Shown here piece by piece: positions 38,100 through 47,217 of a stretch of DNA of 64,000 nt. The stretch is taken from assembly GCA_014859345.1 (NCBI GenBank), contig JACUUL010000005.1:1072-65071 (forward strand). Reading direction: 5' to 3'. The DNA comes from Thermoleophilia bacterium (GTDB lineage: Bacteria; Actinomycetota; Thermoleophilia; BMS3ABIN01). The notes under the pieces are model-generated. The model had not been told where the DNA came from. It was given only the letters and a program-made list of their open reading frames with translations, and made no database searches. A program made the translations under genes and the position numbers. How positions within the stretch are numbered: position 1 is the stretch's first letter; the number at the start of each line of letters is the position of its first letter.

Positions 38100-38892
38100 G
38101 CTCTACCACCTCCGTCGCCAGATCGAAATAGGCATCCGAGCCCGCGCAGGCCGGATCATAATGGGAAATAGGTTTACCAAAACTGGGAGCTTCGCTCAAC
38201 CTGACATTGCGGGGGATGACGGTGCGGTAGGTCAGGTTGGGGAAATGGGACCGCACTTCGCCGATAACCTGAGCCGAAAGCCTGGTGCGGGGGTCGTACA
38301 TGGTCATGAGAAGGCCGGCTATCTGGAGGCGGGGATTGAGCCCGGACTGAACCGCTGCCACCGTCTTGAGCAACTGACCGAGGCCCTCCAGGGCGAAGTA
38401 CTCGCATTGGACCGGCACTATCAGCTTGTCTGCGGCAACCAGTGCGTTTACGGTCAGCAGGCAAAGCGAAGGCGGGCAATCAATGAATATATATGCGAAG
38501 TCACGGGAGATGGCGTTAATTGAATCGGCGAGGATGAACTCCCGCCTTTCCCGCTGTGGCAGCTCCACGGCAGCGCCCGCCATTTCCGGGGTCGAAGGGA
38601 TTATGTAAAGATTGGAAATGCTGGCGGACGCGATGGCAGATTCCGAGGTTACGTTTCCGGATAGCACATCGTAGGAAGTCCCCGGCGCCTGCGATTCATC
38701 CAGACCAAGGCTGTGCGTTGCGTTGCATTGGGGGTCGAGGTCGATCAGGAGGGTCGTTGCTCCGGCCTCGGCAAGGCAAACCGCGGTGTTAACGCAAGTG
38801 GTTGTCTTGCCGACGCCGCCCTTCTGGTTGGCGACAGCATAGACGAGACCGGAGCCGTTAGCCCGCGACGCTGATGAAGGCATATCGTGCAC
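38092..38892 (-). CDS. parA: chromosome partitioning ATPase ParA/Soj
   Basis: NQKGGVGKTTT, DLDPQ, IDCPP, QCEYFALEG, IPRNVRLSEAPS. Confidence 0.96.
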   Translation of the reverse strand: MHDMPSSASRANGSGLVYAVANQKGGVGKTTTCVNTAVCLAEAGATTLLIDLDPQCNATHSLGLDESQAPGTSYDVLSGNVTSESAIASASISNLYIIPSTPEMAGAAVELPQRERREFILADSINAISRDFAYIFIDCPPSLCLLTVNALVAADKLIVPVQCEYFALEGLGQLLKTVAAVQSGLNPRLQIAGLLMTMYDPRTRLSAQVIGEVRSHFPNLTYRTVIPRNVRLSEAPSFGKPISHYDPACAGSDAYFDLATEVVERE

Positions 38893-38898
38893 GGAGGA

Positions 38899-38907
38899 AT
38901 TCTAACA
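38899..38907 (-). promoter_or_regulatory. extended -10 element of a probable leaderless parA transcript
   Basis: TGT-TAGAAT, 6 nt before GTG 38892. Confidence 0.55.
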
Positions 38908-39034
38908 CGGTGCGGGACAGGTGACCAGAGAAGGTCAAGGAAGCAGGGTTGCGCAGCATGGCGTTATTTGGCCTGGTGGCGGCGTAATCGGCGATCATTT
39001 CACCGCCGTCCGGAGCCGCAGACACGCAATTTTC

Positions 39035-39739
39035 TTAACCGCTCAGCGGCCGTTTTCGGGGGATTCCGGGACGGCGGGGGTATGCGGACGGCGTGTCCGC
39101 CGTCTTTTTGAATATCCAGACATGCAGGTTTTTAGCCTCTGGGTAGGGTTTAGCTGTTTCGACGCGGACCAGCTCGCCTCCGAGTGCTTTGCCGGCTGTT
39201 TTCGCAGCGGCGTCATCACCCGGCTCGCGGGCACCTCTTTGCAACAGGGCATAGCCTCCCAGCCGTAACAGCGGAATAGAATACTCGAGCACTTCCGGCA
39301 ATGAGCCCACCGCGCGTGCCAGGGTCGCATCAAACGATTCCCGAAGGTCGGACCGCGCGGCTTCCTCGGCGCGGGCCGGCAGAACGCGGACGTTATCCAG
39401 GCCAAGCGCGGAGGCCGATCGCGAGACGAAATCGCTTTTCCTGCGGTTGGCCTCAATGAGAACGAATCTGCTCTGAGGCCTGGCTATTGCCAGCGGCAGG
39501 CCCGGGAAACCGGCGCCGCTGCCTATATCCGCCACTGCGGTTGCCTCAGCCAGCTCCGGCAACCGCAGCAGCCACAGGCTGTCATTGAAATGTACCCTGA
39601 CGATGTTCCGGGTGCCGGAGACCGCAGTCAGCTTGCTGTTTTTTTCCACGGCGACAAGGTCAAGGAGCTTTTCGAGCTGCGATATCTGACCGTCATTTAA
39701 GCGGCACTCTTTTTTTAGCTCTTGTTGCCAGTCGCTCAA
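39035..39739 (-). CDS. rsmG: 16S rRNA m7G527 methyltransferase
   Basis: HFNDSL, DIGSGAGFPG, ARAV, YPRRPGIP. Confidence 0.95.
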   Translation of the reverse strand: MSDWQQELKKECRLNDGQISQLEKLLDLVAVEKNSKLTAVSGTRNIVRVHFNDSLWLLRLPELAEATAVADIGSGAGFPGLPLAIARPQSRFVLIEANRRKSDFVSRSASALGLDNVRVLPARAEEAARSDLRESFDATLARAVGSLPEVLEYSIPLLRLGGYALLQRGAREPGDDAAAKTAGKALGGELVRVETAKPYPEAKNLHVWIFKKTADTPSAYPRRPGIPRKRPLSG

Positions 39740-41595
39740 TGCCGGGCCTGGATATAAAGCGAAAGAACCGATACGTCGGCGGGAGAGACGCCGGCGATGC
39801 GCGAAGCCTGGCCCAGCGACGAGGGCCGGATGCGGGTCAGCTTTTCCCGGGCTTCGCTGGCGATACCCTTGAGGCTCATATAGTCAAGATCGTCCGGTAT
39901 ATATGTGGATTCCAGATGGTGCCAGCGTGAGATTTCGGCAAGCTGGCGCTCGATGTAACCTTCGTATTTGATTTCTATGCCGGCGCGCCGGACGGCGCCG
40001 CCGTCAGTAGCAAGGGATGTACTGCAGCCCGCCAGGGAAAGAACGGCAGAAATCGTCATTTCCGGCCTTTTTAGAATTTGCGCCGCGGATTGAGGCTCGG
40101 TCAGCGGGGAACTGCCTGCTTTCGCAAGAAGATCATTAGCCGTTGCTGACGGCCTTATTATTTTCGTTTTCAACATCATCAGAAGGCTTTTCATCTGGAT
40201 ATTTTCTTCCCTGACAGACTCCATGTTGCCGTCCGGAACCAGACCGAGCCGGTGCCCTATCGGTGCCAGGCGTTCATGAGCATTGTCGTGACGGAGCAAC
40301 AGGCGATATTCCGCGCGGGAAGTAAACATGCGATACGGTTCGTCGACATCCTTAGTGACCAGGTCATCGATCAAAACGCCGATGTACGCCTGGTCGCGCC
40401 GCAGGATCAGCGGATCCTCGCCGCGTACATAACGAGCGGCATTGATACCGGCGATCAAACCCTGGGCGGCGGCCTCCTCATAGCCGCTGGTGCCGTTTAT
40501 CTGGCCCGCCAGGAAGAGTCCCTCAATGGGTTTGGTCTCGAGACTGAGCTTGAGTTGGCTGGGGGGAGCGTAATCATATGCCACGGCATACCCGGGCCGC
40601 ATCAGCCGGGCATTTTCCAGGCCAGGCGTCGCCCGGATAATCTTCTCCTGCACCCATACTGGCATACTGGTAGTCAATCCCTGAAGGTAAAGCTCTTGTG
40701 TGTGCCGCCCCTCAGGCTCCACGAATACGGGATGGCGGTCCCTATCGGGGAATTTGACAACCTTGCGATCGATGGAAGGGCAATAACGGGGGCCTTTGCC
40801 GCTTACTGATCCCGTTCTGATAGGGGAAAGATGCAGATACTTCCTCACGACCTCATGGGTTTTTGCGGTAGTGTAGGTGAGGTAACAGGGAATCTGCTCG
40901 AATTTTTTTTGGCGCGAAAAAGGCGAGAAGGTTTCAGGATTCTCATCTCCCGGATCGACGGTCATCCGGTCAGGATCGATCGAACGGGCGTCGATCCGCG
41001 GCGGCGTAGCCGATTGGAATCGCTCAAGTTTCAGGCCGGTGTCCTCAAGGCTGCCTGAAAGCTCGAGCGAGGGCGGTTCGCCCATCCTTCCGGCAGGGAA
41101 ACGCTGATCACCCACGACGATGTTTCCCCGAAGAAAGGTGCCGCAGGCCAGTACGACGGCGCCGGCGGTGATCATGCTGCCATCAGTGAGTTCGATTCCC
41201 GTGGCTGTTTCACGTGAAACAACAAGCTTGGCGGCTGCGCCCTCGAGGATCTTCAGTGATGGCGCCGATGACAGAACCCGTTTCATATTGTCCTCGTAAA
41301 GTTTTTTATCCGTTTGCGCCCTCAATGCCCGGACCGCCGGGCCTTTGCCGGTATTGAGCATCTTCATCTGGATGAATGAGCGGTCGGTGTTGCGGCCCTG
41401 CTCGCCACCCAGGGCGTCGATCTCCCGTGTGAGCTGACCTTTGCCAACGCCGCCGACAGCGGGATTGCAGGGCATGAGCGCGATCTTCTCCAGGTTCAGG
41501 GTGATCAACAGAGTAGAGCGGTCCATGCGGGCAGCCGCTAGCGCCGCCTCACAGCCGGCATGGCCGCCTCCGACTACGACGACATCGAAAAACAT
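39736..41595 (-). CDS. mnmG: tRNA uridine-5-carboxymethylaminomethyl modification enzyme MnmG (GidA)
   Basis: GGGHAGCEAA, MPCNPAVGG, GPRYCPSI, AGQINGTSGYEEAAAQG, EPYRMFTSRAEYRL. Confidence 0.96.
   Translation of the reverse strand: MFFDVVVVGGGHAGCEAALAAARMDRSTLLITLNLEKIALMPCNPAVGGVGKGQLTREIDALGGEQGRNTDRSFIQMKMLNTGKGPAVRALRAQTDKKLYEDNMKRVLSSAPSLKILEGAAAKLVVSRETATGIELTDGSMITAGAVVLACGTFLRGNIVVGDQRFPAGRMGEPPSLELSGSLEDTGLKLERFQSATPPRIDARSIDPDRMTVDPGDENPETFSPFSRQKKFEQIPCYLTYTTAKTHEVVRKYLHLSPIRTGSVSGKGPRYCPSIDRKVVKFPDRDRHPVFVEPEGRHTQELYLQGLTTSMPVWVQEKIIRATPGLENARLMRPGYAVAYDYAPPSQLKLSLETKPIEGLFLAGQINGTSGYEEAAAQGLIAGINAARYVRGEDPLILRRDQAYIGVLIDDLVTKDVDEPYRMFTSRAEYRLLLRHDNAHERLAPIGHRLGLVPDGNMESVREENIQMKSLLMMLKTKIIRPSATANDLLAKAGSSPLTEPQSAAQILKRPEMTISAVLSLAGCSTSLATDGGAVRRAGIEIKYEGYIERQLAEISRWHHLESTYIPDDLDYMSLKGIASEAREKLTRIRPSSLGQASRIAGVSPADVSVLSLYIQARH
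41206..41221. promoter_or_regulatory. parS centromere-like site
   Basis: Perfect palindrome TGTTTCACGTGAAACA inside mnmG, about 2.3 kb from parA. Confidence 0.9.
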
Positions 41596-41802
41596 CTCAC
41601 TGCTCCAGGCGGCGCCGCGCCAGGAAGCCTTTTCTGTTGTAACTACTTGTCATAATTTAATAATTGTGGTGGTACGACACCGTCCGGTTCGGGCCGATCT
41701 ATCGTTTTCGGCGCCGGCTTTTCTTAACTGTTTTTTGTTCGGCCGCGGCGCCTGATGGCTAGCTCACTCGAAGATGACACCCGGCGCACCAAACCAACAT
41801 AT

Positions 41803-42777
41803 TTATATTAGGTTGTCAAAAAATGCATCTTTTTCCAGAGACGTTGCCGCCGCGTTTATGCCTGCCATCAGCCCCTGCAGGGCAGCTTCGACGTAGCTGC
41901 CGGCGCCTGCCGCGCGGCCGGCGATGAACAGGCCGGGCCGCGAGATCGCTTCCATGCGCGCGTCCAGCTGGCCACTGCCAAGCGCCAGATAGCTGACCGA
42001 ATAAGAGGCGCGGGTCATCCACGCCCCGGGTTCCCGCATCTTTGACCTGATCCCGGTCAGCTGTTGACGGCGGTTGCCACTCGTTGAAATTTCCTGAACG
42101 AACAGCTCGCCGGTCAGGCAGCCATCAGCCACCCGCGTGTGATTGGCGGCAACGCTGCGCGAATCAACGCGGGGAAGGCCGGACGCGTAAACGGGGACGA
42201 GTTCCAGGCCCAGGTTTCGCAGGCATACCGCCAAAGAATTGGCGGGTATCTCGCCGCGCCGGCCGCCAGGATGCTTATGGCCGGCATCGTCCACCTCGCC
42301 CTTGAGGAAGGTTCCGGCGGCAACCACCACGGCGCCTCCCCGGAATTCCTCGCCCAGATTCGTGCCCACGCGCCACGCCGGTTCATCGTCCGCCTTATTG
42401 CCCGGCTCCAGCAAGGAGACCAGCGATTGCCGCGGCTCGAGACCGGCCGCTGACTCGATAGACTCCTTGTAAGCGAGCCCCAGCTGGCGCCGGTCGATGA
42501 CAATCTTTCCGGGAACATGCCCGCCGGCGTCGGCGGTCACTTTTTCCAGGGAGAGGAATTCCGGAAGCTTTCCCCCCAGGCGCCGCATCACACGAAGCCT
42601 CTCAGTTCTCATATCTTTCAGGTCGCCCGCCAGTATGGGCGTACCGGGAGGGTATCCGGCAGTATCCAGGCTGATAGTCAGGCAAAGGGTGCGGGCGCCG
42701 GCTTTCGCCGCGGCCAGGGCGGCCTCACATCCTGCCGGTCCGGCGCCTATCACGATTACGTCATATTCCGGGATCAT
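41803..42777 (-). CDS. short MnmG/GidA-related FAD-dependent protein
   Basis: GAGPAGCEAALAAA, AAGTFL.G, GRRGE, GLFIAG....GSYVEAALQG...GINAA; lacks the MnmG C-terminal domain. Confidence 0.82.
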   Translation of the reverse strand: MIPEYDVIVIGAGPAGCEAALAAAKAGARTLCLTISLDTAGYPPGTPILAGDLKDMRTERLRVMRRLGGKLPEFLSLEKVTADAGGHVPGKIVIDRRQLGLAYKESIESAAGLEPRQSLVSLLEPGNKADDEPAWRVGTNLGEEFRGGAVVVAAGTFLKGEVDDAGHKHPGGRRGEIPANSLAVCLRNLGLELVPVYASGLPRVDSRSVAANHTRVADGCLTGELFVQEISTSGNRRQQLTGIRSKMREPGAWMTRASYSVSYLALGSGQLDARMEAISRPGLFIAGRAAGAGSYVEAALQGLMAGINAAATSLEKDAFFDNLI

Positions 42778-42960
42778 GTACGGCAGGGAATCCAAGCACA
42801 GTCACCCATATAATGAATGTTCCTCATTTTTAAGTTCCTTGCTCACGGCGCCCCGGCTTGGTTTTTCAGTGCTGGCGGCCTCTGACACAGCCTGTCACGG
42901 AAGGCTGATCCCGGGGGCTCCAGCAGGAGAAGAATCAACAACAAAGCGGCTGCCAAAGCC

Positions 42961-44343
42961 TTACTTTCCTATGCAGAACTCCTGGAAGATGACATCCAGA
43001 AGATCCTCCAGCATCTCCTCGCCGGTGATCTCGCCCAGCGAACCGGTCGCGGAGCGCAACTCCTCAGCGATCAGCTCCGGGCCCAGTCCCACCCGAAAAC
43101 CCTGAGCGGCCCGGGAAACCGAGGCGGCCGCCCGTTCCAGCGCCAGCTTGTGGCGCTCGTGAGTGACTATGGGCCCCTCCAGCGGAGGCAGGCTGCCCCC
43201 CAGCACGAAGTCGGCAATCTTCTCCTTGAGCTCCGTAAGGCCCTGGCGCGTCAACGCGGATATCAAGACCGGTCTGGCTGGCAGCAATCCCTGATTGAAC
43301 GCCGCCGGCCGGCCCCTTAACATATCCGACTTGTTGATAATATATATCGCCCTGTCGGCCGGCACCGAGGTCAGCAGCGTCCGGTCGTGGTCGTCCTCCC
43401 GCAAGCTGCCGTCAAACAAACAGAGGATCAGATCCGCCTCCTCGAGGGCGCGGTGGGCACGCTCAATCCCTATCTGCTCCACCTCATCGCCCGCAGGCCT
43501 CAGGCCTGCCGTGTCAATGAGCCGAAGCGGAATGCCGCACACGTTGATAATCTCCTCGATGGTATCGCGGGTGGTGCCGGGCGTTTCAGTCACGATCGCC
43601 CTTTCGCGCATCAGCAAGGAATTCAGCAGGCTGGATTTGCCCACGTTCGGCTTCCCGACGATTGCCGTGCGAACTCCCTGGCTTATGACCCTGCCCACGA
43701 AAGCGGAGTCGATCAGCTCACCAATGCTGGCTTCGATCTCCTCCAGCTGTTCCTTGTTGACGGCAAAGTCCGGCTCGCCGGGATCCTCATCGGCAAAGTC
43801 GATCTCCGCCTCGACGCCGGCCATCACGCGCAGGAGGCTCTGCCTGAGCGCCTTGACCTCCCGGGAGATCGACCCCTCCAGCTGGGCCATGGCCACCTTC
43901 AGGCCGGCTTCGGTTTTGGCGGAGATTATCTGGGCCACGCTTTCGGCCTGGGCCAGATCGATGCGGCCGTTCAGGAACGCCCTGCGGGTGAACTCTCCCG
44001 GCGAAGCCAGAGCCGCCCCCTGCTTCAAAAACAGGGAAAGGATTTTTTGCTGGGCTACCGTGCCGCCATGACAGTTGACCTCGACGATGTCCTCCCGGGT
44101 ATAGGTTCCCGGACCCCGCATGACGCTCACCAGCACCTCATCCACGAGGGAACCGCTGTCAGGTTCAAAAACCGCCCCGTAGTGAATCGTGTGGGAGTCG
44201 GCGTCCGCCAGCCGCAGTCCCTTGACCGACCGGAATACCGCGTCACAGATGCCGACGGCCGCCGGTCCGGTCATGCGCACGATGCCGATCGCGCCGGTAC
44301 CGAGGGGCGTGGAAATGGCGGCGATTGTAGGAATTTCCTGCAT
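42961..44343 (-). CDS. mnmE: tRNA modification GTPase MnmE (TrmE)
   Basis: TIAAIST, GKPNVGKSS, GTTRD, DTAG, NKSD, FCIGK C-terminus. Confidence 0.96.
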   Translation of the reverse strand: MQEIPTIAAISTPLGTGAIGIVRMTGPAAVGICDAVFRSVKGLRLADADSHTIHYGAVFEPDSGSLVDEVLVSVMRGPGTYTREDIVEVNCHGGTVAQQKILSLFLKQGAALASPGEFTRRAFLNGRIDLAQAESVAQIISAKTEAGLKVAMAQLEGSISREVKALRQSLLRVMAGVEAEIDFADEDPGEPDFAVNKEQLEEIEASIGELIDSAFVGRVISQGVRTAIVGKPNVGKSSLLNSLLMRERAIVTETPGTTRDTIEEIINVCGIPLRLIDTAGLRPAGDEVEQIGIERAHRALEEADLILCLFDGSLREDDHDRTLLTSVPADRAIYIINKSDMLRGRPAAFNQGLLPARPVLISALTRQGLTELKEKIADFVLGGSLPPLEGPIVTHERHKLALERAAASVSRAAQGFRVGLGPELIAEELRSATGSLGEITGEEMLEDLLDVIFQEFCIGK

Positions 44344-44350
44344 AGGGCGT

Positions 44351-44359
44351 ATTATAGCA
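44351..44359 (-). promoter_or_regulatory. extended -10 element of a probable leaderless mnmE transcript
   Basis: TGC-TATAAT, 7 nt before ATG 44343; no SD. Confidence 0.6.
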
Positions 44360-44538
44360 GCGCCAACCATGGCAGGGAGAAAACAGAACAGGTGATTCAG
44401 AATCACCATCAGCGGCATCTAATCAATGGCAGCGCGAGGGCCGGATGCAAGTTACCGTAAAGCCATGGAAACGATAGCGGGCTGACTTCTTTTCTCCGGA
44501 ACGGGTAAAATAACCGGGTTCCCTATCGAGGAGGCAAA

Positions 44539-46356
44539 TTGGCGAAGGACGAGGCACCCGGGAGCGCAAAATTCTTTTTCTCTCCCCGCCCGAACAGAGC
44601 CCATGAAATCGATTGGATGGAATGGGGGGACGAGGCCTTCCGGCGCGCCCGGGAGGAGAAGCGGCCCATTCTTCTGTCGGTCTCCGCTGTGTGGTGTCAT
44701 TGGTGCCACGTGATGGACGAGACCACATTTTCCGATGGCCAGGTGATCCAGGTGATAAACAGCCGGTTTGTCGGCGTCAGGGTTGATAGCGACAGGCGGC
44801 CCGATATCAACAGCCGCTACAACCAGGGAGGATGGCCGACCGTTGCGTTTCTTACCCATGAGGGAGAAATCATCGCCGGCACAACCTATGTGCCGCCGGA
44901 CCAGATGGGACGCCTGCTGAACGACGTGGCGGATGTCTTCGAGCGCAGCGCCGCAGATCTCGACGCGGCGATTGAATATGTCCGTGAGCGCCGTAACGCG
45001 CCGGCGCCCGTGCCCGGAGGCGGTTTCGACGCGTCCATGGTGGATTATGTCGTGGATGTGGCTGAAAAGGCCTATGATTCCGAAGCCGGCGGCTTTGGGA
45101 ACGAGCCGAAGTTTCTCTATGCCGGCATGCTGGGCCTGTTGCTGTCGCGCCTGGCTGCGGACGCTCCCGGGAACATCGCCGGTATTTTGCGTCACACCCT
45201 GGAAAAGATGGCCTATGGCAACATCTATGATCAGTCGGAGGGAGGCTTCTTCAGATATTCCACCACGCGGGACTGGTCGGTCCCTCACTATGAGAAGCTG
45301 CTGGAGGACAACGCGGCCATGATGACCGTTTATGCCGATGCGTTCAACCTGAGCGGCGAGGCTGATTATGCCAGGACAGTTTATGGCATTCATGATTATC
45401 TGACCAAGACACTGCTGGACCCGGGGACGGGAGCTTTCGCGGGCAGCCAGGACGCCGACGAGGAGTACTACCGGCTGGCGGCAGATGAAAGGACAGCCCG
45501 GAAGCCGCCTCTGGTTGACCGCACTGTATACTCCGGGTTAAATGCGCGGACGGCCTCGGCGCTCCTGCGGGCTTTTCAGGTGCTGGAAGAGGTGGAGTTC
45601 AGGTCCCAGGCGATCAAAGCCCTGGAATTCGTCTATGAACATCTGTGGGACGATGATGCAGGTCCATATCACTATTTCAATGGCGAGGCCAACCTGCCGG
45701 GATTGCTGACCGACGCTGCCTGGATCCTCAGCGCCTGCCTGGACGCGTACGAAAGCGGCGCCGGCGAGAGGTGGCTAGACCGCGCCCTCCGGGTCGCCGG
45801 CTGGATGCTTGGCCATCTGCAGGACCACGGCTCGGGGGCCTTCCTTGACTGTGTCCATCCTCCCGGCTCCCGAGGGCTGCCATCGGAGAAAACCAGGCCG
45901 CCCGTGGATAACAGCGTCGCTGCTGACGGGCTCATCAGGCTGGCTCAAAACTCGGGACAGAAAAAATATGACGAAGCAGCCCGCAGAGCGCTCTTGTATT
46001 TCTCCGGCACCTTCCAGGAGTATGGAATGTTCGCCGCCGAATACGCCGTATCTGTTGCCCGCCTCCTGGATCCGCCGGTGCGCGTGACCGTCGTTGGCAC
46101 TCCGGATGACGCTGCCACCGTGGAACTGATCAGGGGAGCCCACCGGGCGCGAATCCCCTTCAGATCGGTGGAGGTCATCGATCCCGAAGCTTACGGCGAT
46201 GAGCTCGAGGAGACCGGTTATGGTTATACCGGCACTCCGGTGGCCTACGCCTGCATCGGCACGGCCTGTCAGCCTCCGGTCTCGGATCCGAAGGAGCTGT
46301 CGGCGCGGCTGGAAGCCGGGTGGACGGATGCGACCGCGAGATGGGGTCAAGCATAG
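44539..46356 (+). CDS. thioredoxin-domain protein, DUF255/YyaL (SSP411) family
   Basis: WCHWCHVM, GGWP, GGFG..PKF, PHYEKLL.DN. Confidence 0.92.
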   Translation: MAKDEAPGSAKFFFSPRPNRAHEIDWMEWGDEAFRRAREEKRPILLSVSAVWCHWCHVMDETTFSDGQVIQVINSRFVGVRVDSDRRPDINSRYNQGGWPTVAFLTHEGEIIAGTTYVPPDQMGRLLNDVADVFERSAADLDAAIEYVRERRNAPAPVPGGGFDASMVDYVVDVAEKAYDSEAGGFGNEPKFLYAGMLGLLLSRLAADAPGNIAGILRHTLEKMAYGNIYDQSEGGFFRYSTTRDWSVPHYEKLLEDNAAMMTVYADAFNLSGEADYARTVYGIHDYLTKTLLDPGTGAFAGSQDADEEYYRLAADERTARKPPLVDRTVYSGLNARTASALLRAFQVLEEVEFRSQAIKALEFVYEHLWDDDAGPYHYFNGEANLPGLLTDAAWILSACLDAYESGAGERWLDRALRVAGWMLGHLQDHGSGAFLDCVHPPGSRGLPSEKTRPPVDNSVAADGLIRLAQNSGQKKYDEAARRALLYFSGTFQEYGMFAAEYAVSVARLLDPPVRVTVVGTPDDAATVELIRGAHRARIPFRSVEVIDPEAYGDELEETGYGYTGTPVAYACIGTACQPPVSDPKELSARLEAGWTDATARWGQA

Positions 46357-46589
46357 GTCTTTTTCTGTCCTGACCAATCCCTGCCGCGGCTGGCGAAACC
46401 ATTTCTTATACCCGCAGATTGTAATCTAAACACATCTTTCTCACGGAAACAGTAAGGCTAAACTAGAGGGTCATACTTTCCCTTTTTTCAAATGTTGCAA
46501 ATTGCGCAATAAACTTTTCGGACACTCTTTACGCCGGCCGCGAGACTGGACTATCATATTTAACCAGTTGCAGGATTTGGCCAGCAAAC

Positions 46590-46636
46590 CCACGAAATAT
46601 AGTATGTTCGTAATTAAGAGTCACAATATCTAGTTA
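46590..46636. promoter_or_regulatory. tandem NrdR boxes
   Basis: ccaCGAAATATAGtat (46590-46605) and tcaCAATATCTAGtta (46621-46636), 31 bp apart, upstream of nrdR-nrdJ. Confidence 0.8.
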
Positions 46637-46652
46637 GTCGTGTGATGGCTCC

Positions 46653-47096
46653 GTGAAATGCTTCTATTGTGGATCAGCAGAGACCAAGGTGGTCGATTCA
46701 CGCGACACCGAGTCGCGGGATGCGGTCAGGAGGCGGCGTGAATGCCTGCGTTGCCGGAAACGGTTTACCACCTACGAGCGGGTTGAGGAATTGACGCTGA
46801 CGGTCATCAAGCGGGGCGGCGAGCGGGAGGTTTTTTCTCATGCAAAGCTGCTCACGGGACTGTTGAGAGCATGCGAGAAGCGCCCTATCGAGTCCGTGAC
46901 GCTTGAGCAGCTGGTGGAAGGGCTGGAGGCGGAGCTGCGTAACGAATTCAAAACCGAGGTGCCGGCGGCGGAGATAGGCGAGAAGGTGCTGAGCCGCCTG
47001 AAGGAGCTCGACAAAGTGGCATACGTGCGCTTCGCTTCGGTATACCGCCAGTTCGATAACATAGAACAGTTCAAAAACGAGCTGACCGGTCTTTAG
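46653..47096 (+). CDS. nrdR: ribonucleotide reductase repressor NrdR
   Basis: CFYC...DSR...RRRRECLRC..RFTTYE zinc ribbon, ATP cone, AYVRFASVY. Confidence 0.97.
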   Translation: MKCFYCGSAETKVVDSRDTESRDAVRRRRECLRCRKRFTTYERVEELTLTVIKRGGEREVFSHAKLLTGLLRACEKRPIESVTLEQLVEGLEAELRNEFKTEVPAAEIGEKVLSRLKELDKVAYVRFASVYRQFDNIEQFKNELTGL

Positions 47097-47217
47097 AAAA
47101 TTTTCGGTTTCTTGATTTTTGCGGGCGGGGGCCCCGGCAGGCAGCTACAATTAACAGGCGATCATCTGTCCGGCTGACTGCTTATAATCCGGGACAAGAC
47201 GCAGAAAGGGGAATCAA

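Noticed and set aside
38915..38950. SRP RNA-like CAGG...AGGAAGCAG motif
   Set aside because: Spacing and tetraloop do not match helix 8, and there is no long enclosing stem.
41596..41802. oriC in the AT-rich spacer near mnmG
   Set aside because: No TTATCCACA-like DnaA boxes seen.
47097..47217. Cobalamin riboswitch before nrdJ
   Set aside because: Spacer is short and no B12-box or conserved core was recognised.
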